From Spirochaetia bacterium (GTDB lineage Bacteria; Spirochaetota; Spirochaetia; SP-2023), in NCBI GenBank assembly GCA_965225855.1, contig CBDDCK010000005.1:384001-448000 (forward strand): a DNA stretch of 64,000 nt, read 5' to 3'. The notes beneath the pieces were generated by a model, which saw nothing but the letters and a program-made list of their open reading frames with translations, ran no database searches and was not told the DNA's origin. The translations under genes were made by a program, and so were the position numbers. Shown in pieces: positions 28,967 through 39,865 of this stretch (within the stretch, counting starts at the first letter, position 1; each line of letters opens with the position of its first letter).

Positions 28967-29790
28967 ATGTCAATAAAAGAACAGTTTGAACAACATTTCA
29001 AGGGCTTTGTTCTTGGATTGCAAGAGCACATTAGTACAGAAGACGGTCAATGGGCTGTAAAAGGATTTATTGATGTATTAAAAAATGTCTATACGATTTC
29101 TTCTGACACCAAAATTGTATCAAAAATTCTTGAAATCCATCTGTTTCCCAAAATTATGGAGTTTGCCAAATTATATGGATACAAAATAGTTTTAGCAGAA
29201 CATCAAAATTACTACCCAGATATTTCTTTTGTCAAAATTGAAGATGAGACAATAAAATTTGCTGTTGATTTCAAGACCACATACAGATGCCCTCAAAAGC
29301 CATTTTTATGCAATGGTTTTACGCTGGGCTCTCATGGAAAATATTTTGAAGACAGAACTAGCACACAAAAAACATCCAGTTTCCATATGCTACATATGCG
29401 GGGCATTTTTGTTTAGGAATTATCTACAACCGTGTTGAGGGAGCTTCAATTGATGAAACAAGAAGCTATGAAATTGGGCAGCTTCAGTCTATAACATCAG
29501 TGGTAAGAGATTTTCAGTTCTTTGTCGCTGAAAAATGGAAAATTGCTAGTGATAAAAGTGGGAGTGGCAATACTGCAAACATTGGCAGTATCAACAATAT
29601 TAAAGATATTATCAATGGAAATGGCATGTTCTCTAAGTTAGGTGAGACATGGTTTGATGATTATTGGATGAATTACAAAAAAATCACAGTTTCCGATAGC
29701 AAAGGTGGTACGAAAAAGATCGCCTCACTAAAAGATTTTGTAACATACCGCCAAGGCGATGTATCGTTAATCGTAACCAAGTACAATTGA
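28967..29790 (+). pseudogene. EcoRV-like type II restriction endonuclease, frameshifted
   Basis: SDTKIVS, QNYYPD, AVDFKTTY and GSGNTANIGSI match EcoRV catalytic and recognition motifs. The frame breaks at ACAC-A6 (29363-29372) and resumes as NIQFPYATYAGHFCLGIIYNR, running into ORF 29500-29790. Confidence 0.88.
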
Positions 29791-29808
29791 GCACCGAAAG
29801 AGTAAGAA

Positions 29809-30711
29809 ATGAAAGTACATGTTCCCCCCATTAAATCGCAAGGAATAAAAACCAAGCTCGTCCCTTGGATCAACAGCATTATTCCTCATGACTTTGATGG
29901 CCGTTGGATTGAGCCATTTATGGGGACTGGAGTTGTTGCCTTTAATCTGGCTCTTGAACATGCCTTTTTATGTGATACAAACCCACATTTGGTCCATTTT
30001 TATCAGTCCATTGCCGATGGTAAAATAACACCAGAAATAGTAAAAATATTTTTAGAAAAGGAAGGGGCAATATTATTAGAAAAAGGTGAATCTTACTATT
30101 ACGAAATAAGGGATAGATTCAATAATAATCACGCTTCATTGGATTTTCTATTTCTTAATAGAGCCGGCTTTAATGGTATGATTCGCTTTAATCGCAAAGG
30201 CGGTTTAAATATTCCATTTTGTAAAAAACCACAACGCTTTGTCCAAGCCTATATCACAAAAATTGTCAATCAAGTTGCCTATGTAAGCCGATTATTCAAG
30301 GCTAAAGATTTTGTTTTCCAATGCCAGTCATTTGAAGAAACAATTGCCTCTAGCGATTCCGAAGATATTATTTATTGTGATCCACCTTACATTGGCCGAC
30401 ATGTTGATTATTACAATGGCTGGAATGGAGAGCATGAAAAAGCACTTTATACAGCATTGTCAAAAACACCGAGCAAGTTCATTTTATCAACATGGCACCA
30501 CAATGATTTTAGAGAAAATGAATATATAGAATTATTTTGGAAAGATTTCTATATATTGACAAGGCAACATTTTTATCATGTCGGAGGCAGGGAAAAGTTT
30601 CGCAATTCTATGATGGAGGCAATTGTTGCCAATTATGAAACTGCTACATATTGTTGCCAAGAACTCAAACAACCAGAGCAAATGATGCTGTTTTTAAAAG
30701 CGCAGGTATAA
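29809..30711 (+). CDS. M.EcoRV-like (Dam/D12 class) N6-adenine DNA methyltransferase
   Basis: VPPIKSQGIKTKLV, EPFMGTGVV, FLNRAGFNGMIRFN, YCDPPY. Confidence 0.93.
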   Translation: MKVHVPPIKSQGIKTKLVPWINSIIPHDFDGRWIEPFMGTGVVAFNLALEHAFLCDTNPHLVHFYQSIADGKITPEIVKIFLEKEGAILLEKGESYYYEIRDRFNNNHASLDFLFLNRAGFNGMIRFNRKGGLNIPFCKKPQRFVQAYITKIVNQVAYVSRLFKAKDFVFQCQSFEETIASSDSEDIIYCDPPYIGRHVDYYNGWNGEHEKALYTALSKTPSKFILSTWHHNDFRENEYIELFWKDFYILTRQHFYHVGGREKFRNSMMEAIVANYETATYCCQELKQPEQMMLFLKAQV

Positions 30712-30897
30712 ACACATATCATAAACAATATTCCCCAAGTTATTCGCGTATATTTCTCGAGCTTTGTGCCTATATATTTTCATTGTTAAAAAATCATCAG
30801 CTATAGACGAAACATAACAAAATCATTATAAATACTTTCTAATTTTGGCCAGACTCTCAAGCTATGGACAAAAATATCAATAACGAAAAAGATTCCT

Positions 30898-31851
30898 ATG
30901 AAAATTTTTGTTAAACTATATAATCCCCTGCTGCTTATATTTATGGTACTGTTTTCGTGCCAAAAATCCCCAGTATCGCAAAATTTCCAAAAAGATTCCC
31001 AAGAAAGTTTGAAAAAGCCGATTGTTGTTACGACTATTGCCCCATATGAATTTTTGCTACAACAGTTAGCAGGAGATTTCATTGAAATCCTGAACACCAG
31101 CGAACAATCGAATAACCCCCATGTACTAGACTTGCGACCCCAACAAGCAATTCAATTGCAAGCAGCCTATTTATTTTTAAGTTTGAATCCGCTGGAAGAA
31201 GAATCCATTTTAAAAAATCTGGGCCAACAAACCAAAGTGCTGGAAATGTGGTATGGCTTTCCGCTGCTAGATACAAAAGGAGCGCATGAACATCAAGAAG
31301 AAGAACATGGGGAAACACATGCAGAGCATGACGAAGAAGGCACAGACTCCCGTGCCCAAAATGCTTGGGACCCACATTTTTGGCTTAGCCCAAAATTCCT
31401 GCCCATACAAATTAACGCTATGGCCAATGAATTAGAATCGCTACTTACTCCATCCCAAAAGGAAATTTTGCAACGCAATAAAGAAGCACTTTTGCAGCGC
31501 AATCGCGATTTAGTAGTTTATTTGCGCAGTAAATTATCCCAATTGCAAAACGGCAAAATTATTAGTTTCCATTCGTCCCTAGCCTACTTTGCTGATTTTT
31601 TTGGTGCGCAACAAATTTTTGTTGAATCCCAAAATACCAAACTTGGGCCTGAAGAAATGCTCCACCTATTTACAGAAGCTCAAGAATTGACTTTCCCCGT
31701 TTTGTTGAGTGCGCCCCAGTTTGAACAAGAAAGTGCCAAGATTTTAGCTAAGCAATTAAAACTAACCCTGTTAGAATTTAACCCTCTGCAGCCAGATATT
31801 TTTGCATCGCTTTCTAATCTCGCCGATCAGCTAACACAGTTTGCCAAATAA
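30898..31851 (+). CDS. znuA: Zn/Mn ABC transporter substrate-binding lipoprotein
   Basis: LFSC lipobox, NPH, His/Glu-rich loop, DPHFWLSP, FHSSLAYF. Confidence 0.88.
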   Translation: MKIFVKLYNPLLLIFMVLFSCQKSPVSQNFQKDSQESLKKPIVVTTIAPYEFLLQQLAGDFIEILNTSEQSNNPHVLDLRPQQAIQLQAAYLFLSLNPLEEESILKNLGQQTKVLEMWYGFPLLDTKGAHEHQEEEHGETHAEHDEEGTDSRAQNAWDPHFWLSPKFLPIQINAMANELESLLTPSQKEILQRNKEALLQRNRDLVVYLRSKLSQLQNGKIISFHSSLAYFADFFGAQQIFVESQNTKLGPEEMLHLFTEAQELTFPVLLSAPQFEQESAKILAKQLKLTLLEFNPLQPDIFASLSNLADQLTQFAK

Positions 31852-31937
31852 AAACTAGCATTCTGGAATTCTTGATTGTAGTATAACCTTTTATATATCC
31901 AGACCGTTTTGTATATTCAGTTTGTCAAGGTAAAAGC

Positions 31938-32780
31938 ATGCCCCATGCCATTGAAATTGAAAATCTATCCTTTCAGTATCCCAGCCATCGACGTATTATT
32001 TTTTCTAATTTTAGCTGGAAAGTCGGAATCGGTGATTTTTGGGTAATTATCGGTGCCAACGGCAGCGGCAAAACCAGTTTAATCCGTTTGCTCTTAGGGT
32101 TAGAATCTCCGACCAACGGCTTAATACGCATACTAGGTAACAAGCTAGGCCAGCATTTGCGCAGCCTCAATGGACTGGAGCAACACACAGCAAAAGTGCA
32201 AATTGGCTATGTGCCACAACATTTACAGTTTGACCACCGTCTGCCAATTCCAGTGTGGGAAGTTGTAGAAGGTGGGGTTTTGTGTTCCTCCTTTTGGAAA
32301 AGTTTGTACAACGGCAAATTGGCCAAAGAGCGTGCGGATATTTGCCAGAGTGCTTTGGGTCAAGTAGGCATGGCCTCTTATGCCAAAGAGCGTTTTTCTT
32401 CTCTTTCTGGAGGGCAGAAGCAACGTGTATTAATTGCGCGTGCCTTGGCCAGTGAATCACCTATTTTAATTCTCGATGAGCCAACGGCTTCTGTCGATCC
32501 AACTGCGGCCCGCGAAATTGTGCAAATTTGCCAACAACTCCGCAAAAAGCACACCATTTTGTTTGTATCCCACGATATTGGCATGATACCAGATGTCTGT
32601 GAGTATATATTGTGTCTAAACCCAGCAACAGCAAACAAAAAAAGTAACAAGAATGGGGGGCCAAATAAAGTATTGAGCCAAAGTCAAGGTGCCGTAGCGC
32701 ATTCCCATGATGTGCGGGGGCTTTCGCGAGAGGATATTCTATTATTACTATATGGCCACTGGGGTTTTACTGGGGTCTGA
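31938..32780 (+). CDS. znuC: Metal ABC transporter ATPase
   Basis: GANGSGKT, IGYVPQ, LSGGQKQR, ILDEPT, SHD. Confidence 0.88.
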   Translation: MPHAIEIENLSFQYPSHRRIIFSNFSWKVGIGDFWVIIGANGSGKTSLIRLLLGLESPTNGLIRILGNKLGQHLRSLNGLEQHTAKVQIGYVPQHLQFDHRLPIPVWEVVEGGVLCSSFWKSLYNGKLAKERADICQSALGQVGMASYAKERFSSLSGGQKQRVLIARALASESPILILDEPTASVDPTAAREIVQICQQLRKKHTILFVSHDIGMIPDVCEYILCLNPATANKKSNKNGGPNKVLSQSQGAVAHSHDVRGLSREDILLLLYGHWGFTGV

Positions 32781-32828
32781 ACCCAATATAAAATAACTAT
32801 TACAAATCAAATAAACAATGGTGGAAAT

Positions 32829-33704
32829 ATGAGTGATATTTGGCAATATCTATTTAAAGAAGCGGGCCGACCACTACTCTACGCCTTTTTGTTTTTATTG
32901 TTGGCAGCACCCGGGTTTGGCACAATTGGAGTCTATGTCAGTTTAAAAAACTATAATGCCAGTATTGGGACTATTGCTCATGCCTCTTTACTGGGTTTGG
33001 GGCTGGCCAAATATGCCATGTATTATTGGGGTTGGTTGTATCTTACCCCATTTTGGGGCATGGTATTAGTTGCGGGAATTACGGCAATTATTTTGTTTTT
33101 AGTTGAATCGTATCAGAGCGTCCGCATTGGAACTTTATTAAATGTTATTTGGAGTACGGCAATGGCAGTGGGTATTTTGCTACTCCAAAAAGTTCCAGGC
33201 GGGGCCAATATGGAAAGTTATTTGTGGGGCAATATTTTGATTTTACAAAGCTCACAATTGTGGAGTTTATTCGGCCTCAATCTAGCGATATTTTTTATCT
33301 TGATCCTCCCTTGGCGCTACCATCAATTATTGATATTTGACACGGAATTTGCTAAAAGCCGAGGCATGTCAACCCAAACATATTCTTTCCTTTTTTACTT
33401 ATTAGTTTCGTACTCCATTATCATCGTAATTTCTGCAGTTGGTATTTTGCTTTGCCTAGGGCTTTTTAGCATTCCCAGTGCCATTGCCAATTTATTTGCG
33501 CGCAATTTTAAGCAAATGATGATTTATTCATGTAGTGCGCTGTTGCTAAGTTCATGGCTGGGCCTAGCTATCAGTATTGAAACCAATACAGCACCCAGCA
33601 GTTTTATTATCGTGCTACTCACTGCAATTTATGTAGTCCTTGCCACCATCAAATATTTCTGGAGGAAAAGCAAGGGAAAAGGTAAGTGGTTTAAATTTAT
33701 TTAG
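32829..33704 (+). CDS. znuB: Metal ABC transporter permease
   Basis: IAHASLLG, SYLWGNIL, FDTEFAKSRG; multiple TM segments. Confidence 0.88.
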   Translation: MSDIWQYLFKEAGRPLLYAFLFLLLAAPGFGTIGVYVSLKNYNASIGTIAHASLLGLGLAKYAMYYWGWLYLTPFWGMVLVAGITAIILFLVESYQSVRIGTLLNVIWSTAMAVGILLLQKVPGGANMESYLWGNILILQSSQLWSLFGLNLAIFFILILPWRYHQLLIFDTEFAKSRGMSTQTYSFLFYLLVSYSIIIVISAVGILLCLGLFSIPSAIANLFARNFKQMMIYSCSALLLSSWLGLAISIETNTAPSSFIIVLLTAIYVVLATIKYFWRKSKGKGKWFKFI

Positions 33705-33758
33705 AAAAATATGTTATTGTCTAATTATTTATAATCAAAATATTTTAAAGTCGTACTA

Positions 33759-33786
33759 TTGACAGAAAGCTCTTAGACCATATAAT
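33759..33786 (+). promoter_or_regulatory. Sigma70-type promoter upstream of fprA
   Basis: TTGACA-16 bp-TATAAT, perfect consensus hexamers. Confidence 0.7.
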
Positions 33787-33882
33787 AGCGTAAAAAATTA
33801 GACTCAAGTTTTGTTCAATAATCGGTTTTTATTTTATAAATATCTACCAAGCAAATATTAACCAAACTTAAGTGAGGTTTCA

Positions 33883-35121
33883 ATGAAGTATTCCCAAGTC
33901 TGCGATGGAATTTTTAAGCTTTCGGCTAATGCTTATGATTTATTATTTGAGAGCTTGTGGCCTGTGCCTTATGGTGTTGCTATGAATTCTTATATTGTGA
34001 AGGGTGAAAAAATTGCGATTATTGATGGTGTTTGTGGTTGGGATGGCGTTCCCGAAGTATTAGAAGAGCAATTTGAGCAGATGGGTCTTTGTGTTCAAGA
34101 TGTGGATTATATGATTATCAATCACATGGAGCCTGACCATTCTGGCTGGCTTGAGAGCTTTAAAAATAAAGTAAAGAGCGATGTTACTTTGGTTACCCAT
34201 AAAAAAGCTGTTCCACTGTTAGAAAGCTTTTTTGATATTACAGATTTAAAGATTCAATCTGTGAAAGATGGCGATACCTTGGATTTAGGCCATGGTAGGG
34301 TTTTGGCTTTTGCCGAAATACCCAATGTGCATTGGCCCGAAACGATTGCCACTTTCGATACGCTTTCTGGTACTTTGCTCCCTTGTGATGCCTTTGGGGC
34401 TTTTGGGGCCAGAATTGAAGGTAAGATGTATGATGATGAATTGACGGAAGCAGAAATTCTTGAGCTAGAGTCAGAAACTAGGCGTTACTACGCTAATATT
34501 GTGGGAGCGTTTTCATTGCCAGCGAATAAGGCCATTAAAAAGGCGGGTACACTTCCCATTAAAATTATTGCGCCCGGCCATGGTTTAGTTTGGCGTAAAA
34601 ATCCTAAATATATTGTTGATCAATACATAGAATATACCAATTATTCACAAGGCCCTGCCAAAAAGAAAATTACGCTATTGTGGTCTTCTATGTATGGCAA
34701 CACAGAAAAAGCGGTGCAGCCTGTACTCGATATATTAGAGCAATCGGGCATCGAATACGCAGTGTACCAATTACCAGATACCGATAACTATTCTTTTATC
34801 ATTAGTGATGTTTGGAATTCTAGTGGTGTGATTATGGGTGCGCCCACTTATGAATATAAAATTTTTCCGCCAATGGCGATGGCTTTGGAAGAATTGGGTA
34901 ATAAAAAAGCGTTGAATCGGCGTGCATTTTTATTTGGTTCCTATGGTTGGTCTGGTGGGGCCGATAAAGAAATGAATGAAATCATTGAACGGAAGAAGAT
35001 GAAATGGCAATTGCTTCCCTACATTGGCTTTAAAGGTAGGCCCAGTGCGGACGATATCGCAAACATTCAAAATCAAACAAAGCAGTTGATCAAAGAAATA
35101 GAGCAGTGGTGTGATAAATAG
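33883..35121 (+). CDS. fprA: Flavodiiron protein (A-type flavoprotein)
   Basis: NHMEPDHSG, VHWPE, CDAFG, APGHG and a flavodoxin domain (SMYGNTE, FGSYGWSGG). Confidence 0.94.
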   Translation: MKYSQVCDGIFKLSANAYDLLFESLWPVPYGVAMNSYIVKGEKIAIIDGVCGWDGVPEVLEEQFEQMGLCVQDVDYMIINHMEPDHSGWLESFKNKVKSDVTLVTHKKAVPLLESFFDITDLKIQSVKDGDTLDLGHGRVLAFAEIPNVHWPETIATFDTLSGTLLPCDAFGAFGARIEGKMYDDELTEAEILELESETRRYYANIVGAFSLPANKAIKKAGTLPIKIIAPGHGLVWRKNPKYIVDQYIEYTNYSQGPAKKKITLLWSSMYGNTEKAVQPVLDILEQSGIEYAVYQLPDTDNYSFIISDVWNSSGVIMGAPTYEYKIFPPMAMALEELGNKKALNRRAFLFGSYGWSGGADKEMNEIIERKKMKWQLLPYIGFKGRPSADDIANIQNQTKQLIKEIEQWCDK

Positions 35122-35236
35122 GCGCAGATAAGTCTTCATTTTTGGTTCTATTTTGATCTTAGATTTGAAAGTTTGTTGTCTTTTGGACTGTGTTTGCCTT
35201 TGTTAGTTGCTTTTGCTAGCAACTTTGGAACAAATT

Positions 35237-36105
35237 ATGGTTCGTAATATTCTTGAAGAAATTGTTGCAGACAAACGCAAAGATTTAGTGCAGCTGAAAC
35301 AAAATTACCCTATAGACAAAGAGCAAGGGCGCAAGCGCCGTAGAATTAGGCCTCAAACAGTATTAGATTGTTTGGCAAAGCAGCGTATTATTGCTGAAGT
35401 CAAATGCGCCTCACCTTCGATGGAGGCCATTGATTTAGATGTAGATTATGTACAGAAAGCAATGGACTATCAGTCTGGCGGGGCTGCCATGATCAGTGTG
35501 CTTACCGATGAGAGGCATTTTTCTGGCAGTTTTGTCTTTCTCGAAGAAATAGGCCATCATGTTGATTGCCCTTTGCTTTGCAAGGATTTTATTATTGATG
35601 AATGGCAATTAGAGGCTGCCGATTTTGTCGGTGCGGACGCAGTATTATTAATTGTGAGTTGTTTTGCTCAAGAAATCGAAAGATTGCAATATTTGTATCA
35701 GTATGCTTTAGCAAAAAGGTCTTGTCCCCTTGGTTGAGTTGTATTCTGCTGAAGAGCGCTATGATGCTTACCAATTAAAGCCATATTTACTTGGGGTCAA
35801 TAGCCGCAATTTTAAAAAGTATGGAAATTGACTTGGCACAGGGTGCGCAAATTTTAAGTTTGTTGCGCTGCGAACTTTCCATGCCTCAAGCAATTGCTGT
35901 GCGTGTTCAATCTGGGCTACCGGATTTACCTTTGTTTGTGGGTGAATCGGGAATTGATACAATAGAAGATGCACAAATTTGGTTTGAAGGTGGGGCCGAT
36001 TGCTTATTGATTAGTACCAGTTTAATGTTAGCCGATAAAAGTACAGGTAAAAATGACATGGCAAAGCAACGGATTGTTTCATTTCGTCAAGTGTTTGAAA
36101 ATTGA
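35237..36105 (+). pseudogene. trpC: Indole-3-glycerol phosphate synthase with two +1 frameshifts
   Basis: ILEEIVADK, IIAEVKCASPS, ISVLTDERHFSG, LCKDFI. Removing one A from each A5 run (35713-35717 and 35814-35818) restores KGLVPLVE...GVNSRNFKSMEID...VGESGI. Confidence 0.85.
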
Positions 36106-36141
36106 CAATTTCGTTTGTAATTTCAAATTTACAATTTTAGC

Positions 36142-37563
36142 TCAATATTTTTTACCAAATATTTGTTGTAATATTTCTGAAACTGAAGCTACGAGCAAGC
36201 TTTCGCGGCTTGCTAATTTGCGCAATTGCCAACGATAATCAGGTTGGAGCAAAAGCAAGTAGTAGCTGTTTTTGGTTTCGGCTCTTTGGAACAATGTGTG
36301 CATTTTTTTTGTGTGGGGCACAACATCGCAAGGTAACCCTGCTTGTTGTAAGCTTTGGCTAAAATGTAAGCAGGTTAAATAGGCACTAGCATCTGCGTTT
36401 TTCCAGTTTGGGTCGAGGCTAATAATGAGGCAGCTTGGGCCTTCTGGGCAGCCTGAAATTTTTGCGCTTTCTTGTGTTTTACTGGTTTCTAATAGTTCGA
36501 GGCCACAAAGCAAACGGTCTAAACCAATGGAACCGCCAACACCGGGCAGCGATTTTGTACTGTAAAGACTGGTCAATTGATCATAACGACCACCGGAACA
36601 AATAGAACCTAAAGAAGGTAATTCTTCCAAGAACGTTTCAAAAACCATTCCTGTGTAGTAGTCTAAGCCACGGGCTATACTCGGGTCGAAGCGCAATTGA
36701 ACACCATTTTGTATGGCAAAATCAGAAATCTGTTGCAGGTCGGTTAGGGTTTGAATCGCCTCGGCAGGCAATGTTGTTTGTTTTTCGTTTTGTTCATAAG
36801 CTACTTGCAATAGCAATAATCTCAATCGCTCTAGTTCATTGGTGAAGCTAGTTTGTTTTGAGTTTTTTCCCAGATAATCAACCAAAGTTTGGGTAACTTT
36901 TGGGCCCAATAAGTTACCCAAACTTTGGTAAACCGTCTCTTCACCTACTTTGTGCAGCTTATCCATAATGCGCATGGCTTGGGTTTGCAATTCTACGGTT
37001 ACTCCGCAAAGTTGCCAAAAAGTTGCTAATAGGCTTCGGTGATTAATGTGGATAATAATATTTTCCAGAGCGGGATAATCAGATTGCAAGCGGTTTAAGG
37101 CATTGTGGGCCATTTGTAGGACGCAAAGATCGGCTAGCAAGCTATTATCGCCGACAATGTCAAAATCACATTGGTAAAATTCGCGGTAACGGCCTTTTTG
37201 GGCATTTTCTCCGCGCCAGACTTTGGCAATGTGATAACGCTTAAATGGTAAGTTCAGTTGTTGTTCGTGCTGCACCATAAAACGGGCAAACGGTACGGTT
37301 AGGTCAAAACGCAAGGCTACATCGCGGCCACCGCTATCTTGAAAGCGATAAATCTGTTTTTCCGTTTCTCCCCCAGCTTTGCCGAGTAGAATTTCTGAGA
37401 ATTCTAATGCAGGGGTATCAATTGGGTCAAAGCCAGAGATTTCAAACAATTGACTTAAATTTTGCATGATTCGTCTGCGGCGTTTTTCTCCTTGTGGCCC
37501 ATAGGGTAGAGCATCGCGGAAACCTTTTAAAATTCGCGCTTCAATTAATTGAGTTTTTGCCAT
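36142..37563 (-). CDS. hisS: Histidyl-tRNA synthetase
   Basis: KGFRD, LRFDLTVPFAR, VWRGE, GRYREFYQCDFD, ARGLDYYTG, GGRYD. Confidence 0.97.
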   Translation of the reverse strand: MAKTQLIEARILKGFRDALPYGPQGEKRRRRIMQNLSQLFEISGFDPIDTPALEFSEILLGKAGGETEKQIYRFQDSGGRDVALRFDLTVPFARFMVQHEQQLNLPFKRYHIAKVWRGENAQKGRYREFYQCDFDIVGDNSLLADLCVLQMAHNALNRLQSDYPALENIIIHINHRSLLATFWQLCGVTVELQTQAMRIMDKLHKVGEETVYQSLGNLLGPKVTQTLVDYLGKNSKQTSFTNELERLRLLLLQVAYEQNEKQTTLPAEAIQTLTDLQQISDFAIQNGVQLRFDPSIARGLDYYTGMVFETFLEELPSLGSICSGGRYDQLTSLYSTKSLPGVGGSIGLDRLLCGLELLETSKTQESAKISGCPEGPSCLIISLDPNWKNADASAYLTCLHFSQSLQQAGLPCDVVPHTKKMHTLFQRAETKNSYYLLLLQPDYRWQLRKLASRESLLVASVSEILQQIFGKKY

Positions 37564-37803
37564 CTATTTTTACCTTTGTTATCATTAGAATTTTATTTTT
37601 TAAGCCAGTCATAACCTTTTAGCAAACTGTGATAAAAAATGAATTTGTAATAAAATACGTTTTTTATTTTATCAAGTTTTCTATACATACAGCGCAATAT
37701 TAAAAGCAGGTAAAAATAACTATTATCGAATTAATGTCTAGACAAAATTAATTAAAATCAATATTCTTTCTCATCAATATAAACTAAAAGGAAGCTCATT
37801 TTT

Positions 37804-38796
37804 ATGAAAAAATGCATTGTACTGGTATTCCTATTTGTTGTCAGCGTTTTTCTGTTTCATGCCTGTAGCCGCAAGACAAAAACGATGATTTTAGAAGAAG
37901 AACCCCAGAAGGTGGTCCATATAGGGGTTTCAAAAATTATTGCTCATCCAGCTTTGGATGCTATTGAAAAAGGGCTGGTTGAGGTAATTACAGATAGTGG
38001 TATTGAAGTAGAGTTTGATTTTCAAAATGCCAACGGTGATAATACGGCTGCAAACTCGATTGCTCAACTGTTTCGGGATCAGAAAGTGGATATTGCAGTG
38101 AGTATTGCAACCCCTACGACCCAAACATTGGTACAACAGCTTACTGGCATTCCGATTTTTTATAGTGGCATTACTGACCCTGAAGGGGCAGGAATCTTGA
38201 GCAAAATTAACGATGGTATGCAAATTGCTGGCTATTCGGATTTGTCTCCCGTAAGCGATCATATTACTTTGATTAAGCGCATTCAGCCGGAAGTAAAAGT
38301 AATTGGCCAAATTTTTAGTGCTGATGAAGATAATTCTCGCTTTCTCAACCAGATGAGCACTAAAGCTACCAAGGATAATGGTATCGAGTTAATTTCGGCG
38401 GCTATAACCAGTACAACTGAAGTTAAAGATGCTGCATTGAGTATCATTGATCGAGTAGAGGCCCTGTATATCACAACAGATAATAAAGTTATTTCGGCTA
38501 TGACTGCTGTCAGTGAGGTTGCAGACCAATACGATATACCTCTTTATTCGGCTGCTCCCATTAGTATGGAAGGCAACAATAAAATAGTGGTAGCTATGGG
38601 CATTGACTATGACAATATGGGTAAATTGACAGGTGAGTTAATTGTGCGCTATTTAAAAGGCGATAACAGTGTTTTTGACAATCCGATCGTCTATCCACCG
38701 TTGAAAGACCAGATTATTTTGATCAACCAAGAGCAAGTTGGTAAATTAGGTTTGAATATTCCTGAAGATATACGGGAAATAGCTAGGGAAAATTAG
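37804..38796 (+). CDS. ABC transporter substrate-binding lipoprotein (TrpX-like, putative aromatic amino acid)
   Basis: FHAC lipobox, HPALD, QNANGD, ATP, EDNS, TDN. Confidence 0.85.
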   Translation: MKKCIVLVFLFVVSVFLFHACSRKTKTMILEEEPQKVVHIGVSKIIAHPALDAIEKGLVEVITDSGIEVEFDFQNANGDNTAANSIAQLFRDQKVDIAVSIATPTTQTLVQQLTGIPIFYSGITDPEGAGILSKINDGMQIAGYSDLSPVSDHITLIKRIQPEVKVIGQIFSADEDNSRFLNQMSTKATKDNGIELISAAITSTTEVKDAALSIIDRVEALYITTDNKVISAMTAVSEVADQYDIPLYSAAPISMEGNNKIVVAMGIDYDNMGKLTGELIVRYLKGDNSVFDNPIVYPPLKDQIILINQEQVGKLGLNIPEDIREIAREN

Positions 38797-38806
38797 ATTA
38801 TATCTG

Positions 38807-39865
38807 ATGTTAGGTATATTTGAGGCTCTCTTTGTTGGAGGGGCGATTTATAGTATTACTGCTTTAGGCGTCTTCATTACTTTCCGTATTTTGGACTTCC
38901 CTGACTTGACGGTTGAAGGTAGCTTTCCTCTGGGTGCTGTGGTTATGGGAATCTGTTTGAGTAATGGGTTGCCGTTGTGGTTGGGGTTTATCCTCGTCAT
39001 TATCGGTGGTGTTTTAGCTGGTATTTGTAGTTCGTTAATTCACAATTATTTAAAAGTGCCGGGATTACTTTCTGGTATACTGACGATGATGATGCTGTAT
39101 TCGCTTAATATCCGCATTTTAGGGCGGCCGAACTTGCCATTATTGAACGTTCCCACTCTCCCTATCTTTGCCAGTTTACAAGAATGGAGTAAGAATTGGC
39201 TTAGCTATCTCGATCGTTTGCTAATGCAGTCGGGTATTTTGATTGCTTTTGCCATAGCTTTAATTGCTGTTTTGCTGTGGCTAATCAATTTGTTTTTTCT
39301 TACTGATTTGGGCATTGCTTTGGGGGCTATGGGCGGCAATCAGCAAATGGCGATAAGTTATGGCTTAAACCCCCGTTTGCTAAAAACTATTGGTCTAGGA
39401 CTTTCCAATGGATTGGTCGCTCTTTCTGGTGCATTATTGGCGCAATACCAAGGTTTTGCCGATGTAGGACTAGGGGCTGGAATCATTATCACTGGCTTGG
39501 CTATTGTGATGATGGGAGAATTTTGTATCCATTCTAACCGCATTAGTTGGGTTACTTTTCGTATTCTTTTGGGTGCCATTATTTACCAAACTTTGATTTA
39601 TTTCTCCAGACGCTATGGTGCGGGTATTGGGTTTCTTTCAACAGATATTAAATTGATGACTGGTTTGTTGATCATTTTGTTTTTAGGCTTGAGTCAAGTG
39701 CAACAATATCGTCATCAAATCCATGCATTAAAACAAGCTTTATCTCGTTTCAAAATAAATGAACTGAAGGAAGCTTCTTTTGTGGTCCAAAAAGAAAAAG
39801 CCGTGGTGCAAAATAGCGGGGTTGAAGAACCCGAAGAGCCTGAAATAAAGGGAGAGTGGTTGTGA
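38807..39865 (+). CDS. ABC transporter permease (TrpX-associated family)
   Basis: FRILDFPDLTVEGSFPLG, LLSGIL, GLGLSNGLVALSGALLAQYQGFAD. Confidence 0.88.
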   Translation: MLGIFEALFVGGAIYSITALGVFITFRILDFPDLTVEGSFPLGAVVMGICLSNGLPLWLGFILVIIGGVLAGICSSLIHNYLKVPGLLSGILTMMMLYSLNIRILGRPNLPLLNVPTLPIFASLQEWSKNWLSYLDRLLMQSGILIAFAIALIAVLLWLINLFFLTDLGIALGAMGGNQQMAISYGLNPRLLKTIGLGLSNGLVALSGALLAQYQGFADVGLGAGIIITGLAIVMMGEFCIHSNRISWVTFRILLGAIIYQTLIYFSRRYGAGIGFLSTDIKLMTGLLIILFLGLSQVQQYRHQIHALKQALSRFKINELKEASFVVQKEKAVVQNSGVEEPEEPEIKGEWL

